From a virus, in the IMG/VR virus record IMGVR_UViG_3300045988_144013: a stretch of 45,695 bases of DNA; one strand, 5' to 3'. Under the pieces are notes generated by a model. The model was not told the DNA's origin, made no database searches, and saw nothing but the letters and a program-made list of their open reading frames with translations. How positions within the stretch are numbered: the stretch's first letter is position 1; each line of letters starts with the position of its first letter. Shown piece after piece: positions 7,761 to 16,466 of the stretch. The translations under genes and the position numbers were made by a program.

Positions 7761-8285
7761 ATGAAAATAAGTGCAGAAAAATTACAGGAGATTATAGAAA
7801 GTCACGGCAGATGGTTGCGAAACGAAGAAGGAGGGGAACGTGCAAACCTCCGCAGTGCAGACCTCAGCAGTGCAGACCTCAGCGGTGCAGACCTCAGCGG
7901 TGCAGATCTCAGCGGTGCAGACCTCCGCAGTGCAGACCTCAGCAGTGCAGACCTCTACTGTGCAGACCTCAGCAGTGCAGATCTCAGCGGTGCAGACCTC
8001 CGCAGTGCAGACCTCCGCAGTGCAGACCTCCGCAGTGCAGACCTCGACAAAACATATTATCAAGTTGTTAGAGTTGGTAGTCGCCGAGGAATAACTACTT
8101 ATTGCGTAGATGACGACAATGTTCTATGCGGATGTTGGAATGGCTTCAAAGGTGGTACGCTAGACGAATTTAAAACTCGTGTAGAGAGTGTATACGGACG
8201 TGAAGGTAATAATCCTAACGAGCAATATTACGATGAGTATATGGCGGCAATCACATTCTTTGCGGCAATGAAGGAGATGAAATAA
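7761..8285 (+). CDS. Pentapeptide-repeat protein
   Basis: About 14 consecutive A(D/N)LxS/G pentapeptides (ADLSS/ADLSG/ADLRS), then an 85-aa Cys-containing C-terminal domain. Confidence 0.85.
   Translation: MKISAEKLQEIIESHGRWLRNEEGGERANLRSADLSSADLSGADLSGADLSGADLRSADLSSADLYCADLSSADLSGADLRSADLRSADLRSADLDKTYYQVVRVGSRRGITTYCVDDDNVLCGCWNGFKGGTLDEFKTRVESVYGREGNNPNEQYYDEYMAAITFFAAMKEMK
7841..8046 (+). repeat. 15-bp tandem repeat, about 13.7 copies (TGCAGACCTCMGCRG)
   Basis: Read directly. Units differ at only 1-3 positions. In frame, 3 pentapeptides per 45 bp. Confidence 0.95.
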
Positions 8286-8626
8286 TGAAAATTAAAGCAA
8301 CAACACCATGTTATAAATTCAGGGACGCAACACCGGAAGAGCAGATTGCAAAAATCAAAGAAGAACTGGCTGAGGTAGAAGCTGCTTACACAGAGTTTAA
8401 AAAAGTGTTGGCAGAAGATAAGCTGCTGGCGTTGATGATGGAGATTATCGACGTTAAGGCTTGCTGTAACACGTTTGTTTACCAGCTGCGGAAGAATCAT
8501 GCTTTGGCGTTTTTGGCTTATGCCAAAGCTAAGCGAGAAGTCATAAATAAAAATCTTGCAAGAGGGTACTACTTTACACCAGAAGATATTGACAAGCTGA
8601 ACACTAATAAGTCAGAACCGTTTTGA
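8285..8626 (+). CDS. MazG-like nucleotide pyrophosphohydrolase (tentative)
   Basis: KEELAEVEAA and MEIIDV resemble the MazG EExxE / ExxD metal-binding motifs. Confidence 0.4.
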   Translation: MKIKATTPCYKFRDATPEEQIAKIKEELAEVEAAYTEFKKVLAEDKLLALMMEIIDVKACCNTFVYQLRKNHALAFLAYAKAKREVINKNLARGYYFTPEDIDKLNTNKSEPF

Positions 8627-8653
8627 TATACAGTCAACTTTAGGAGGCAAGCA

Positions 8654-9421
8654 ATGAAAATAAAGACAGAATTTTATTGTGATAATTTTCAAAATTTTAA
8701 ACGGTATGGGATTCCCAAGGCACAGTTAGTAATTGCGGATATACCGTACAACCTTGGAGCAAATGCTTACGGATCTAATCCAATGTGGTATGTAGATGGC
8801 GATAATAAAAAAGGTGAAAGCAAATTTGCAGGTAAAGCTTTTTTCAATACAGATCATAATTTTAACATTGCAGAATACTTTCATTTTTGTAATCGCTTAT
8901 TAAAAAAAGAGCCTAAAGAAAAAGGGAAAGCTCCGTGCATGATAGTTTTTTGCTCATTTGAACAAATGCCGATGGTAATTCAGTATGCAGAAAAACATGG
9001 GTTTAAAAAACACATTCCTTTAATTTTCATCAAAAACTTTTCAGCACAGGTATTAAAAGCAAATATGCGTGTTGTTGGTGCTACTGAATACGCTTTGGTG
9101 TTATACAGGGAAAAACTACCGAAATTTAATAATAATGGAAAAATGATTTTTAATTGGTTTAACTGGGTAAAGGATACAAAAACATATCCTAAAATACATC
9201 CGACACAAAAGCCAGTTAATTTGTTGAAGCAGTTAATAACAATCTTTACAGACCCAAGTGACGTGGTTATAGATCCAGTAGCAGGGAGTGGGACAACATT
9301 AAGAGCGGCTATGGAATTAGGTAGAAACAGTTATGGATTTGAGTTATCTAAGGAGTTTTACAATAAAGCTAAAACCGAAATGCTCAAGCCGCAGAAATTT
9401 GAACAATTAGTTTGTTTTTAG
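8654..9421 (+). CDS. Orphan DNA methyltransferase (N6-adenine or N4-cytosine, beta class)
   Basis: Motif IV ADIPYN lies before motif I VIDPVAGSGTT. HPTQKP motif present. No adjacent restriction endonuclease. Confidence 0.85.
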   Translation: MKIKTEFYCDNFQNFKRYGIPKAQLVIADIPYNLGANAYGSNPMWYVDGDNKKGESKFAGKAFFNTDHNFNIAEYFHFCNRLLKKEPKEKGKAPCMIVFCSFEQMPMVIQYAEKHGFKKHIPLIFIKNFSAQVLKANMRVVGATEYALVLYREKLPKFNNNGKMIFNWFNWVKDTKTYPKIHPTQKPVNLLKQLITIFTDPSDVVIDPVAGSGTTLRAAMELGRNSYGFELSKEFYNKAKTEMLKPQKFEQLVCF

Positions 9422-9531
9422 TTAAAACGGCCGCGCATACTAACTATATACAAGCATAAAGGGAAGTATACCCCTGCGGAGGTGATTAGCCCGTAGGGGG
9501 GCGGCCTTTTAAATATAAGGAGTTGGAAATA

Positions 9532-9756
9532 GTGAAACCAATAAATATAAAAATTATGATGGCGTTAATCGAAAAAGAACCAGGCGATCAGTATGTACCG
9601 GTATTGAAACCAGTACTTATGCAGATACTGACGGAACTCAAACATCTGCGTCGGAAAAATAGTCAGCTCGGCGGTAAAAATGCCCGGTTAAGGCGAGAGA
9701 AGAAAGCTCTAGAAATTATGTTATCGGCGGTAGTAATAAATGACGACGTGGAATGA
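9532..9756 (+). CDS. Hypothetical protein
   Basis: GTG start 9 nt after AAGGAG. The ORF-track TTG at 9523 is too close to the RBS. Confidence 0.45.
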   Translation: MKPINIKIMMALIEKEPGDQYVPVLKPVLMQILTELKHLRRKNSQLGGKNARLRREKKALEIMLSAVVINDDVE

Positions 9757-10162
9757 ACTGCCGGCACACCTTGTAAGTAAAATTCGTTCTGATAGCGTAA
9801 CGGCGTCGGCGAATTTACCAGGGGCTGTACCTGTGCTGAAATATGGCAATGCAATAACTGAGGTTGACGGGATTCGCTTTGATAGTAGGAAAGAAGCAAA
9901 ATACTATGAGGACCTACTTTGGCAGCAACGTACTGGTGCAGTAAAAAGCATTGAATTACAGCCTGAATTTGTTTTACAGCCTGCTTATGAGGTCGCAGGT
10001 AAAAAGATAAGGCCGATTATTTACAAGGCTGATTTCAAAGTTACGGAAGCCAGCGGCCACGTTTATTATGTTGACACCAAGGGCATGAGGACACAGGTGT
10101 ATATGATCAAAAAGAAAATGCTGCTTTATAAGTACCCAGACATTGATTTCAGGGAAGAATAG
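9740..10162 (+). CDS. DUF1064 (endonuclease-like) protein
   Basis: VDGIRFDSRKEAKYYEDL...YKADFKV...YVDTKG is the typical DUF1064 pattern. Confidence 0.7.
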   Translation: MTTWNELPAHLVSKIRSDSVTASANLPGAVPVLKYGNAITEVDGIRFDSRKEAKYYEDLLWQQRTGAVKSIELQPEFVLQPAYEVAGKKIRPIIYKADFKVTEASGHVYYVDTKGMRTQVYMIKKKMLLYKYPDIDFREE

Positions 10163-10175
10163 GAGATGATACTGA

Positions 10176-10640
10176 TTGACTGAAGCTGAACTGCAAAAGC
10201 GTATTGCCTATCAATTTGGTTTGATCAATGGCAACATAGTCTTGCCTAATATACTGTTGACCGTTGGTAGGGTTGGTCACTATGAAGCAGATTTGCTTTA
10301 TATAACGCCTAAAAGATATTGCACAGAAGTAGAAATTAAAATCAGTATGGCCGATTTTAAGGCCGATTTTAAAAAGAAAATCTACCACAATAGCGACATA
10401 GTAAGAAATTTTTACTACGCTTTCCCGCATGAGCTGTACCAAGAAAACAGCACAGAGATTAACCAAATATTATTGGATTCTGATGCTGGAATAATGGCCG
10501 TCAGGGATTTTCAAGGGAGATGTGCAAGAATACTGCGCGACCCAAAAACCAGGCAGAATATAAAGCCGATAACAGAACAAAAACTATACGAACTGCTGCG
10601 GATAGGATGTATGAAGTGGTATACGGCAAATAGAATGTAA
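10176..10640 (+). CDS. PD-(D/E)XK nuclease, MmcB-like
   Basis: HYEADLLYI...TEVEIKIS matches the D...ExK signature. TTG start 10 nt after AGGAG. Confidence 0.55.
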   Translation: MTEAELQKRIAYQFGLINGNIVLPNILLTVGRVGHYEADLLYITPKRYCTEVEIKISMADFKADFKKKIYHNSDIVRNFYYAFPHELYQENSTEINQILLDSDAGIMAVRDFQGRCARILRDPKTRQNIKPITEQKLYELLRIGCMKWYTANRM

Positions 10641-10654
10641 AGGTGGTGGAGTAG

Positions 10655-10816
10655 ATGAAAAAAACTGAAATAAAGTACGTAGGTTGGTGCCATGAGTGCA
10701 AATGCCTAGGAAGTTTTATTTGTGGTAACTGTAAGCCTAATGAGAAATACAGTTTTGCTAGACCTTCTGAATTTATGCCTAAGGACAAAAAACGTTGGGT
10801 AAGAATGGAGGAGTAA
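10655..10816 (+). CDS. Small zinc-ribbon protein (53 aa)
   Basis: CHEC...CGNC. Not in the ORF track. Confidence 0.45.
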   Translation: MKKTEIKYVGWCHECKCLGSFICGNCKPNEKYSFARPSEFMPKDKKRWVRMEE

Positions 10817-10819
10817 AAA

Positions 10820-10999
10820 ATGAAATACTTAGACTATTGTTATTTATGCATTAATAATAGAAAGGCCAGTGAGTTGAGCGAAAACCCAGAATGTAGTAAC
10901 TGTATTCAGCTTACTGTTATATCTATGCCAACTAAGTTTAAATCGCGTAGGATTACTTGGGCTGACAGAACGGAGCTAGAAATACATGAAAACAATTAA
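10820..10999 (+). CDS. Small zinc-ribbon protein (59 aa)
   Basis: CYLC...CSNC. RBS GGAGGAG upstream. Confidence 0.45.
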   Translation: MKYLDYCYLCINNRKASELSENPECSNCIQLTVISMPTKFKSRRITWADRTELEIHENN

Positions 11000-11210
11000 A
11001 TTGGCTAACGTAGTAGTACAGATACACGTTAGAGATGAATATTCAGGGCAGAGAGTACTATATTGTCCGTGGGTTAATTGCAAGCATTATAGTAATGGTG
11101 AATGCACTTATAAAGATAGTTATGGCTGTAATTGCTGTCGCTTTGTATTAATGAATGGACAAACTTATTGCCAAGGCTATGAGAGGGATGAAGATCATGA
11201 TAGCAATTAA
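10986..11210 (+). CDS. Small Cys-rich protein
   Basis: 74 aa with 9 Cys. Confidence 0.5.
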   Translation: MKTIKLANVVVQIHVRDEYSGQRVLYCPWVNCKHYSNGECTYKDSYGCNCCRFVLMNGQTYCQGYERDEDHDSN

Positions 11211-11397
11211 AGGAATGGATATGCCTGCAAACTGCGGTGAATGCCCATTGACATATCCAGTTGGCTTTTATAGGAATCTACCATTTTCTGTTGATAAGAG
11301 CAAAGGCTGCTGTATTCTTGTCTGTGAAATTGAAGATCCAAACATTAGGCTGATAGATTGTCCATTAATTGAGATAAAGGATGGTGAAGAAAAATGA
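11197..11397 (+). CDS. Small Cys-rich protein (MPANCGECPL type)
   Basis: Start reset to MIAIKG, which overlaps the upstream stop. CGEC...CC...C...DCPL. Confidence 0.5.
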   Translation: MIAIKGMDMPANCGECPLTYPVGFYRNLPFSVDKSKGCCILVCEIEDPNIRLIDCPLIEIKDGEEK

Positions 11398-11482
11398 ATC
11401 AATTGTTTATAAGTGTTACGGTGCTTTGGATGATAGCTTGCATTGTAATGAGCACAATATCTAAATAGGAGCGTGAATAACA

Positions 11483-11707
11483 ATGCCATATACTATAACG
11501 ATTTATTTGAAATCTGACAACGATATTTACATGAAATTTGGTGCAGAATTCAGTAAATTCATTTCTGAGACAGACTTAAACCATTGGGAAGAAACAGCTA
11601 TAAACGCTTTAATAAGCATGAGCGGTGGCACAAAAGCTATGATAATTAGCAAAAGTGAATATGAAGAAAATATAGACGAAACCGAGAGCATTCCAGAAGA
11701 TGATTAG
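11483..11707 (+). CDS. Hypothetical acidic protein
   Basis: 74-aa ORF with RBS AGGAG. Confidence 0.5.
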   Translation: MPYTITIYLKSDNDIYMKFGAEFSKFISETDLNHWEETAINALISMSGGTKAMIISKSEYEENIDETESIPEDD

Positions 11708-11735
11708 TGCTAAAGGAAGAGGGAGAATAAATAGC

Positions 11736-11936
11736 ATGGATTTTATTTATTTACTAATGAATTGTGTCGTTACAGCATCTATTATTGTGGCTATAGCGTC
11801 AGCTTTTTGGTTTATATTGGTACTTCTGACTGACAGCAGTGACAGACATAGTAATTTATATGTCATTACTTGCACTATAGGGGCTGTAACACTTATGTTA
11901 TTTGGAATAGCATTGCTCACAGATAAAGGAGTGTAA
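11736..11936 (+). CDS. Small two-TM membrane protein
   Basis: Start reset to MDFIYLL. Two hydrophobic helices. Confidence 0.45.
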   Translation: MDFIYLLMNCVVTASIIVAIASAFWFILVLLTDSSDRHSNLYVITCTIGAVTLMLFGIALLTDKGV

Positions 11937-11944
11937 AGAAAATA

Positions 11945-12313
11945 ATGCGTGAAATATTATTTAGAGGTAAAGGAATAAATGATAAAGAATGGCGCTACGG
12001 CTTTTATACAGAACAGCAGGGATACCCTTACATAACACCGGATGGAGTGGCGATGTATGAAATTGACGCTAATACCGCAGGGCAGTATACAGGCTTTGTC
12101 GATAAAAATGGCAAGAAAATATTTGAGGGCGATATCGTCTGTATGGACGACTGGATACCCCCATGTATGCAGGTAGCTTATGCACAGGGAACTTTCTACT
12201 TAGCGGAAATTGAAAAACCAGTTAAATATTATGGTGACATTTATTATTTAAACCATGGTGGGAACCCTTGTGCAAAAGTTATCGGCAATATCTATGATGA
12301 TTTGAGCTACTAA
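11945..12313 (+). CDS. YopX family protein
   Basis: MREILFRGKG...EWRYGFY...QYTGFVDKNGKKIFEGDIV is the classic YopX N-terminus. Confidence 0.8.
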   Translation: MREILFRGKGINDKEWRYGFYTEQQGYPYITPDGVAMYEIDANTAGQYTGFVDKNGKKIFEGDIVCMDDWIPPCMQVAYAQGTFYLAEIEKPVKYYGDIYYLNHGGNPCAKVIGNIYDDLSY

Positions 12314-12330
12314 AGGAGCGGTGAATAAAA

Positions 12331-12471
12331 ATGGAAGAAGAACAATGCCCTTGTGATGATTGTGACGCTACCTGTGATTACTGGGACAGTAAATACTGCT
12401 GTATATATTGTCGTTGGCAGTATGGAGACATTGAACCTGACTGTGAGAATTGTGACCCGATGGATATTTGA
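12331..12471 (+). CDS. Small Cys-rich protein (46 aa, 11 Cys)
   Basis: RBS AAGGAG. Not in the ORF track. Confidence 0.45.
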   Translation: MEEEQCPCDDCDATCDYWDSKYCCIYCRWQYGDIEPDCENCDPMDI

Positions 12472-12489
12472 GAGGACGGTGAATAGATA

Positions 12490-12744
12490 ATGAGATTAAT
12501 AGATGCCGACGCCCTGCGTCGGCGGAAAGAGTTGCGATTCGGCTTAATGGCAGCAATCACTACTATTCAATTTTTAATAGACGAAGCCCCTACAGTAGAA
12601 GAACGTAAGCATGGGCATTGGGTAAGACATAATAATATCATTGCTTGCAGCGAGTGTATTTGGGATATGTATTGGGAGGAAGGAAATACAGAATTAAATT
12701 ACTGCCCAAATTGCGGGGCTATTATGAACGGTGAACCAGAATGA
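12490..12744 (+). CDS. Hypothetical protein with C-terminal zinc ribbon
   Basis: MRLIDADAL N-terminus. CSEC...CPNC. Confidence 0.55.
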   Translation: MRLIDADALRRRKELRFGLMAAITTIQFLIDEAPTVEERKHGHWVRHNNIIACSECIWDMYWEEGNTELNYCPNCGAIMNGEPE

Positions 12745-12986
12745 ACATACTAAAGTTAGAAAGATCAATAGCTTTATTAAAACCAATCATCTGGAAAATG
12801 CACATGAATGAAAAAAGGGATGCTTATATAACTTTATTGACAGCTGCTCAAAAACAGATACCACAGGAATTAAGTCCCTTGTTATCAGATGATGGTTTAC
12901 GTTGGAAATGCCCTGTGTGTGAGAAATTAGTAGATGACGCTGCTCATTATTGTAAATACTGCGGCCAAGCTATATGTAATGATTAA
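12741..12986 (+). CDS. Hypothetical zinc-ribbon protein
   Basis: CPVC...CKYC. ATGA overlap with the upstream gene. Confidence 0.5.
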   Translation: MNILKLERSIALLKPIIWKMHMNEKRDAYITLLTAAQKQIPQELSPLLSDDGLRWKCPVCEKLVDDAAHYCKYCGQAICND

Positions 12987-12997
12987 GGAGTGAAGAC

Positions 12998-13162
12998 ATG
13001 AATTATCCTGATCTAATAAAATGGATATTTGAATTTGTATATGAACATTGGATATTAACGTTTTTGTTTATATTAGCTTTAAGAAGGTTTAGTATTTTTA
13101 CAATAAATCTATCAGAGAAGAAGGGCGATACAAATGTTATTAACAATAGAAAGCAAGTTTAA
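12998..13162 (+). CDS. Possible small membrane protein (54 aa)
   Basis: RBS AAGGAG. One TM segment. Overlaps the next ORF by 29 nt. Confidence 0.25.
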   Translation: MNYPDLIKWIFEFVYEHWILTFLFILALRRFSIFTINLSEKKGDTNVINNRKQV

Positions 13163-13412
13163 TATAGGTGATAATGTACATTTGCCTAAGGGAGAACGTA
13201 AAGTACTTGGTGTTAAATTAGATTCTAAAGGTATCTTATATTTGCTTGAAAGTGCAGACGGTACGAGAGAATGGGTGCAAGAATATTGGGTTGTTATGGG
13301 CGAAGAAGAGCATAAACACGGAGAGTTTGAGGAGGCTATTTTGAACCAACTCATAGAAGACAACATAAATCCTTTTGGAGCATTATTTAGGCGATTAAAA
13401 AAGAAAAGCTAG
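13134..13412 (+). CDS. Hypothetical protein
   Basis: 92-aa ORF. Confidence 0.5.
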   Translation: MLLTIESKFNIGDNVHLPKGERKVLGVKLDSKGILYLLESADGTREWVQEYWVVMGEEEHKHGEFEEAILNQLIEDNINPFGALFRRLKKKS

Positions 13413-13424
13413 AAGGAGACTGAT

Positions 13425-13868
13425 ATGCTAATAGAACAGTATATTAAGCATGTAGAGCGGTACTTTTGGGATCGTAAGCAAATACAAAAAGTTGTTGATG
13501 AAGAAAAAGAGCAACGTACTGCAAGGAAAGGGCATACGGGCGGTGGGGGTCATGCTTTTATTAGTAATCCAACAGAAACAGCAGCATTAAAAAACATTGA
13601 GCCAGTACGTATGATATCGTTTGGATATGGACCATATCAGTCGATAATAATGAACCCGGAGCTATGGCTTGAAGTTGTCGCAGAAACCTATAAGATACAT
13701 GAGAATCAGCTTACTGGTAAAGTTATGTATCAAAAATATGAAAAAAGGAAGCCGATGAAAATAATTGCAGAATTAACCGGCGTAAATAGAGATACCTGTT
13801 ATGAATTTCGTAAGGAGTTTCTCCGAGATGCTGTTGGTTTGGCATTGAAAAAAGGTTTGATAAAATAA
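13425..13868 (+). CDS. Late-gene transcriptional regulator (RinA/ArpU-like, sigma-region-4-like C-terminus)
   Basis: Last gene before the packaging module. C-terminal HTH IIAELTGVNRDTCYEFRKEF. The late-promoter motif begins 6 bp after its stop. Confidence 0.6.
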   Translation: MLIEQYIKHVERYFWDRKQIQKVVDEEKEQRTARKGHTGGGGHAFISNPTETAALKNIEPVRMISFGYGPYQSIIMNPELWLEVVAETYKIHENQLTGKVMYQKYEKRKPMKIIAELTGVNRDTCYEFRKEFLRDAVGLALKKGLIK

Positions 13869-13873
13869 AAAAG

Positions 13874-13912
13874 TTTCCGACATATTACCTGTTTTGATGA
13901 GTTAAAATAGTA
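13874..13912 (+). promoter_or_regulatory. Late-promoter motif, copy A: TTTCCGACA-N16-GAGTTAAAATAGTA
   Basis: Same bipartite motif with identical 16-nt spacing at 37021 and 37112. Confidence 0.6.
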
Positions 13913-14151
13913 TTGTAAGTAAGTGGGCTTACAACAAAGCCCGTGTAGCTCAGACCACGGGTACGGCATAGATGGGGAACACCTATCCACGCTTAAAGGT
14001 GCGTGTGTTGTTTGGGTAATCCGGCAACTGCTCGACCCTGCCGTTGGGGTGATACAGCGGCATATTTAATCTACATAAATAATTTAGCCTTAAAAAGCCG
14101 ATAAAACACGGTAATATATATCAGAATTTAGCATATAGAATAAGAGGTGTG

Positions 14152-14451
14152 ATGATGAACGATATCTGTATGGCAACTCCAACTTGTGATAAAGAAAAAG
14201 GCTCGTTAGAAAAACAAATAGAAACCATTGAACGTCTTACTAGGACATTAAATTTAAGTATTGAGAATACGCAGATGTTTATATTTAGTGATCCTAATAG
14301 TGGTAGTGTTGTCTGTAAGGAAGAACATCTTGCTTCAAACAGCCTAGAGGGAAGGTTAGACGATCTTGCTTCTGAATTAGAAAAAATCGTATCAAAGAGC
14401 AATCTAATTAATGACATTTTAAGAGACAAGTTAGGAACAATGACTCTCTAA
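14152..14451 (+). CDS. Hypothetical protein between the late promoter and terS
   Basis: About 99-aa ORF with RBS AAGAGG. Confidence 0.45.
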   Translation: MMNDICMATPTCDKEKGSLEKQIETIERLTRTLNLSIENTQMFIFSDPNSGSVVCKEEHLASNSLEGRLDDLASELEKIVSKSNLINDILRDKLGTMTL

Positions 14452-14464
14452 TAACTTAATACAC

Positions 14465-14498
14465 AGCACTTAACTTCGGTTAGGTGCTTTTTTATTTG
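14465..14498 (+). terminator. Terminator with UUCG tetraloop, family member 1
   Basis: AGCACTTAAC-TTCG-GTTAGGTGCT followed by TTTTTTATTTG, 19 nt before the terS ATG. Confidence 0.7.
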
Positions 14499-14516
14499 CA
14501 AAGGTGGTGATAACAG

Positions 14517-14900
14517 ATGGCTGCATTAAAAGATCCAAGACAGGAGAAATTTTGTCAGCTTATGGCTGCAGGTGGTAAAACACAGGAGCAGGCAGCCATA
14601 GAAGCAGGATATTCAGAGAGAAGCGCCAGGCAACAGGCAGCAAGACTGTTGACAAATGATAACATTTGCGACAGGATGAACGAACTTCGTGGAATCCAAG
14701 AAGAAGAGGTTGCAGATGAACTTCGCAGACTAAAAGACTTCTGGTTAGATGTTATGGAAGACGAAGAAGAGCGTATGAATGATAGGCTTAAAGCATCTGA
14801 GCTATATGGTAAATCGATAGCAGCATTTGTAGAGAAGCGCGAGGTTAGCGGTAAAGATGGTGAACCAATTACTTTTCGTTGGGCTGGTGATGATGGTTGA
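14517..14900 (+). CDS. terS: Terminase small subunit
   Basis: KDPRQEKFCQLMAAGGKTQEQAAIEAGYSERSARQQAARLL is a Terminase_2-type N-terminus. Confidence 0.9.
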   Translation: MAALKDPRQEKFCQLMAAGGKTQEQAAIEAGYSERSARQQAARLLTNDNICDRMNELRGIQEEEVADELRRLKDFWLDVMEDEEERMNDRLKASELYGKSIAAFVEKREVSGKDGEPITFRWAGDDG

Positions 14901-16228
14901 AAGTAATAACTATACCATACAAGCCAAGGCCTCTTTGGAAAGACATAATTCATCCTGCACTTGATAAATATCGCTTCGCCGTTATAGTAGCTCACAGACG
15001 TTATGGTAAGACTGTAGGAATGATAAATGAGCTGACTAAGAGTGCTATCAAAAATACGCTTATAAGCCCTCAGTTCGCATATGTAGCGCCGTTTAGGAAT
15101 CAGGCTAAGATGATTGCATGGAACTATTTGAAGTATTACACAAGCGCGATTCCTGGCAGAAAGGTAAATGAAAGCGATCTGTTTATAGAACTGCCATCAA
15201 AGCATAAAAATGCTGTTGGGGCAAGGATATATATTATAGGTGCGGATAAGCCTGATGCGTTGCGCGGTACTTACTGGGACGGTGTTGTGCTTGACGAATA
15301 TGCTCAAATAAAGCCTGAACTATGGGGCGAAGTAATACGGCCGGCGTTAGCTGACCGCAAGGGCTTCGCTTATTTTATCGGAACACCTAAAGGGCAGAAT
15401 CAGTTCTATGAGATATACCAAAGAGCGCAACGCAGCGAAGACTGGTTTACCTGCCTTTATAGAGCTGATGAAAGCGGTGTGTTGGATGAAGCAGAGCTTA
15501 AGTCGATGATGGAAGATATGACGGATATAGAAATACGTCAGGAACTTTATTGTGATTTTACTGCATCGGCTAGTAATGTCGTCATCCCTATTGATTTAGT
15601 TACAGAGGCAGCACACAGATTGCTTCAAGAAAAAGACGTGCAGGGAGCTCCAGTTATTCTTGGCGTTGATATAGCCAGATATGGTGATGACAGATCTACT
15701 ATTTTTAAGAGACAGGGACTATGGGTAGATGAACCTTTAGTTTACAAAGGTCTGGACACTATGGATATGGCGGCAAGAGTTATTGATGCGATAATAAGAT
15801 ATAAGGCCGATATGACTTTTATTGACGCCGGAGTCATGGGTGCTGGAGTTATAGATCGCATTAGGCAGTTGGGGTACAACAATATCAGTGAAGTCTACTT
15901 TCAGGGCAATGCACTGCATGAACAGCGTTTTGAAAATATACGTGCTGAGATGTATTTTAAGATGCTTGAATGGCTCAAGTCTGGCGGCGCTATACCTGAT
16001 ATGCCGGAATTAAAAAGCGAACTTAGTATCGTAGAGTACAAGTTTAGTAAACGTGGCAAAATCATCTTACAGCCTAAAGAAGAAATTAAGGAAAAGATTG
16101 GTAAAAGCCCCGATCTTGCAGATGGTCTTGCTCTGACTTTTGCAAGGCCTGTTTATCCAAGGTTAAAACCGGGTGATCCTGGGTATGGCCGGAAGATGAT
16201 GTGTAATACAGAATATTCGATATTTTAA
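14897..16228 (+). CDS. terL: Terminase large subunit
   Basis: 443 aa. Walker A-like HRRYGKT, Walker B VVLDEYA, C-terminal nuclease domain. ATGA overlap with terS. Confidence 0.9.
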   Translation: MKVITIPYKPRPLWKDIIHPALDKYRFAVIVAHRRYGKTVGMINELTKSAIKNTLISPQFAYVAPFRNQAKMIAWNYLKYYTSAIPGRKVNESDLFIELPSKHKNAVGARIYIIGADKPDALRGTYWDGVVLDEYAQIKPELWGEVIRPALADRKGFAYFIGTPKGQNQFYEIYQRAQRSEDWFTCLYRADESGVLDEAELKSMMEDMTDIEIRQELYCDFTASASNVVIPIDLVTEAAHRLLQEKDVQGAPVILGVDIARYGDDRSTIFKRQGLWVDEPLVYKGLDTMDMAARVIDAIIRYKADMTFIDAGVMGAGVIDRIRQLGYNNISEVYFQGNALHEQRFENIRAEMYFKMLEWLKSGGAIPDMPELKSELSIVEYKFSKRGKIILQPKEEIKEKIGKSPDLADGLALTFARPVYPRLKPGDPGYGRKMMCNTEYSIF

Positions 16229-16240
16229 GGAGTGATAGCA

Positions 16241-16456
16241 ATGGGAATTTTCAAGAAAGTATTTGGTGGTGGGAGTATTAGAATGCCTGAGGTTGTTGAA
16301 ACGCCTCCGGCTCCTACGACAGTGACCAGTACGGAGACTGGAACAGAAACAGATCCGGCAAAGAAAAATAAAAGGCGTGGTTTTGCTTCTACGCAAGTGT
16401 CGTCTGATCGCAATACTATTGCAGGCAACGCTACTGGCAGAAAGACTTTAGGTTAG
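16241..16456 (+). CDS. Hypothetical small protein
   Basis: Start reset to MGIFKK, 8 nt after AAGGAG. Confidence 0.45.
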   Translation: MGIFKKVFGGGSIRMPEVVETPPAPTTVTSTETGTETDPAKKNKRRGFASTQVSSDRNTIAGNATGRKTLG

Positions 16457-16466
16457 GGGTATTGAA

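Noticed and set aside
7841-8046. Tandem array considered as a CRISPR array
   Set aside because: The units are 15 bp and contiguous, with no spacers. The array is in frame inside a coding gene.
7782-8094. Three extra ORFs (7782-8063 minus, 7811-8071 plus, 7840-8094 plus) overlapping the pentapeptide-repeat gene
   Set aside because: They are artefacts of the 15-bp tandem repeat staying open in several frames. Only the 7761-8285 frame has an RBS, a non-repetitive N- and C-terminus and a recognisable fold motif.
13941-13960. tRNA suggested by the GTAGCTCAG D-loop-like string
   Set aside because: No matching D-stem closure (GAGC), no anticodon arm, no T-loop GTTCRANYC and no acceptor stem could be built.
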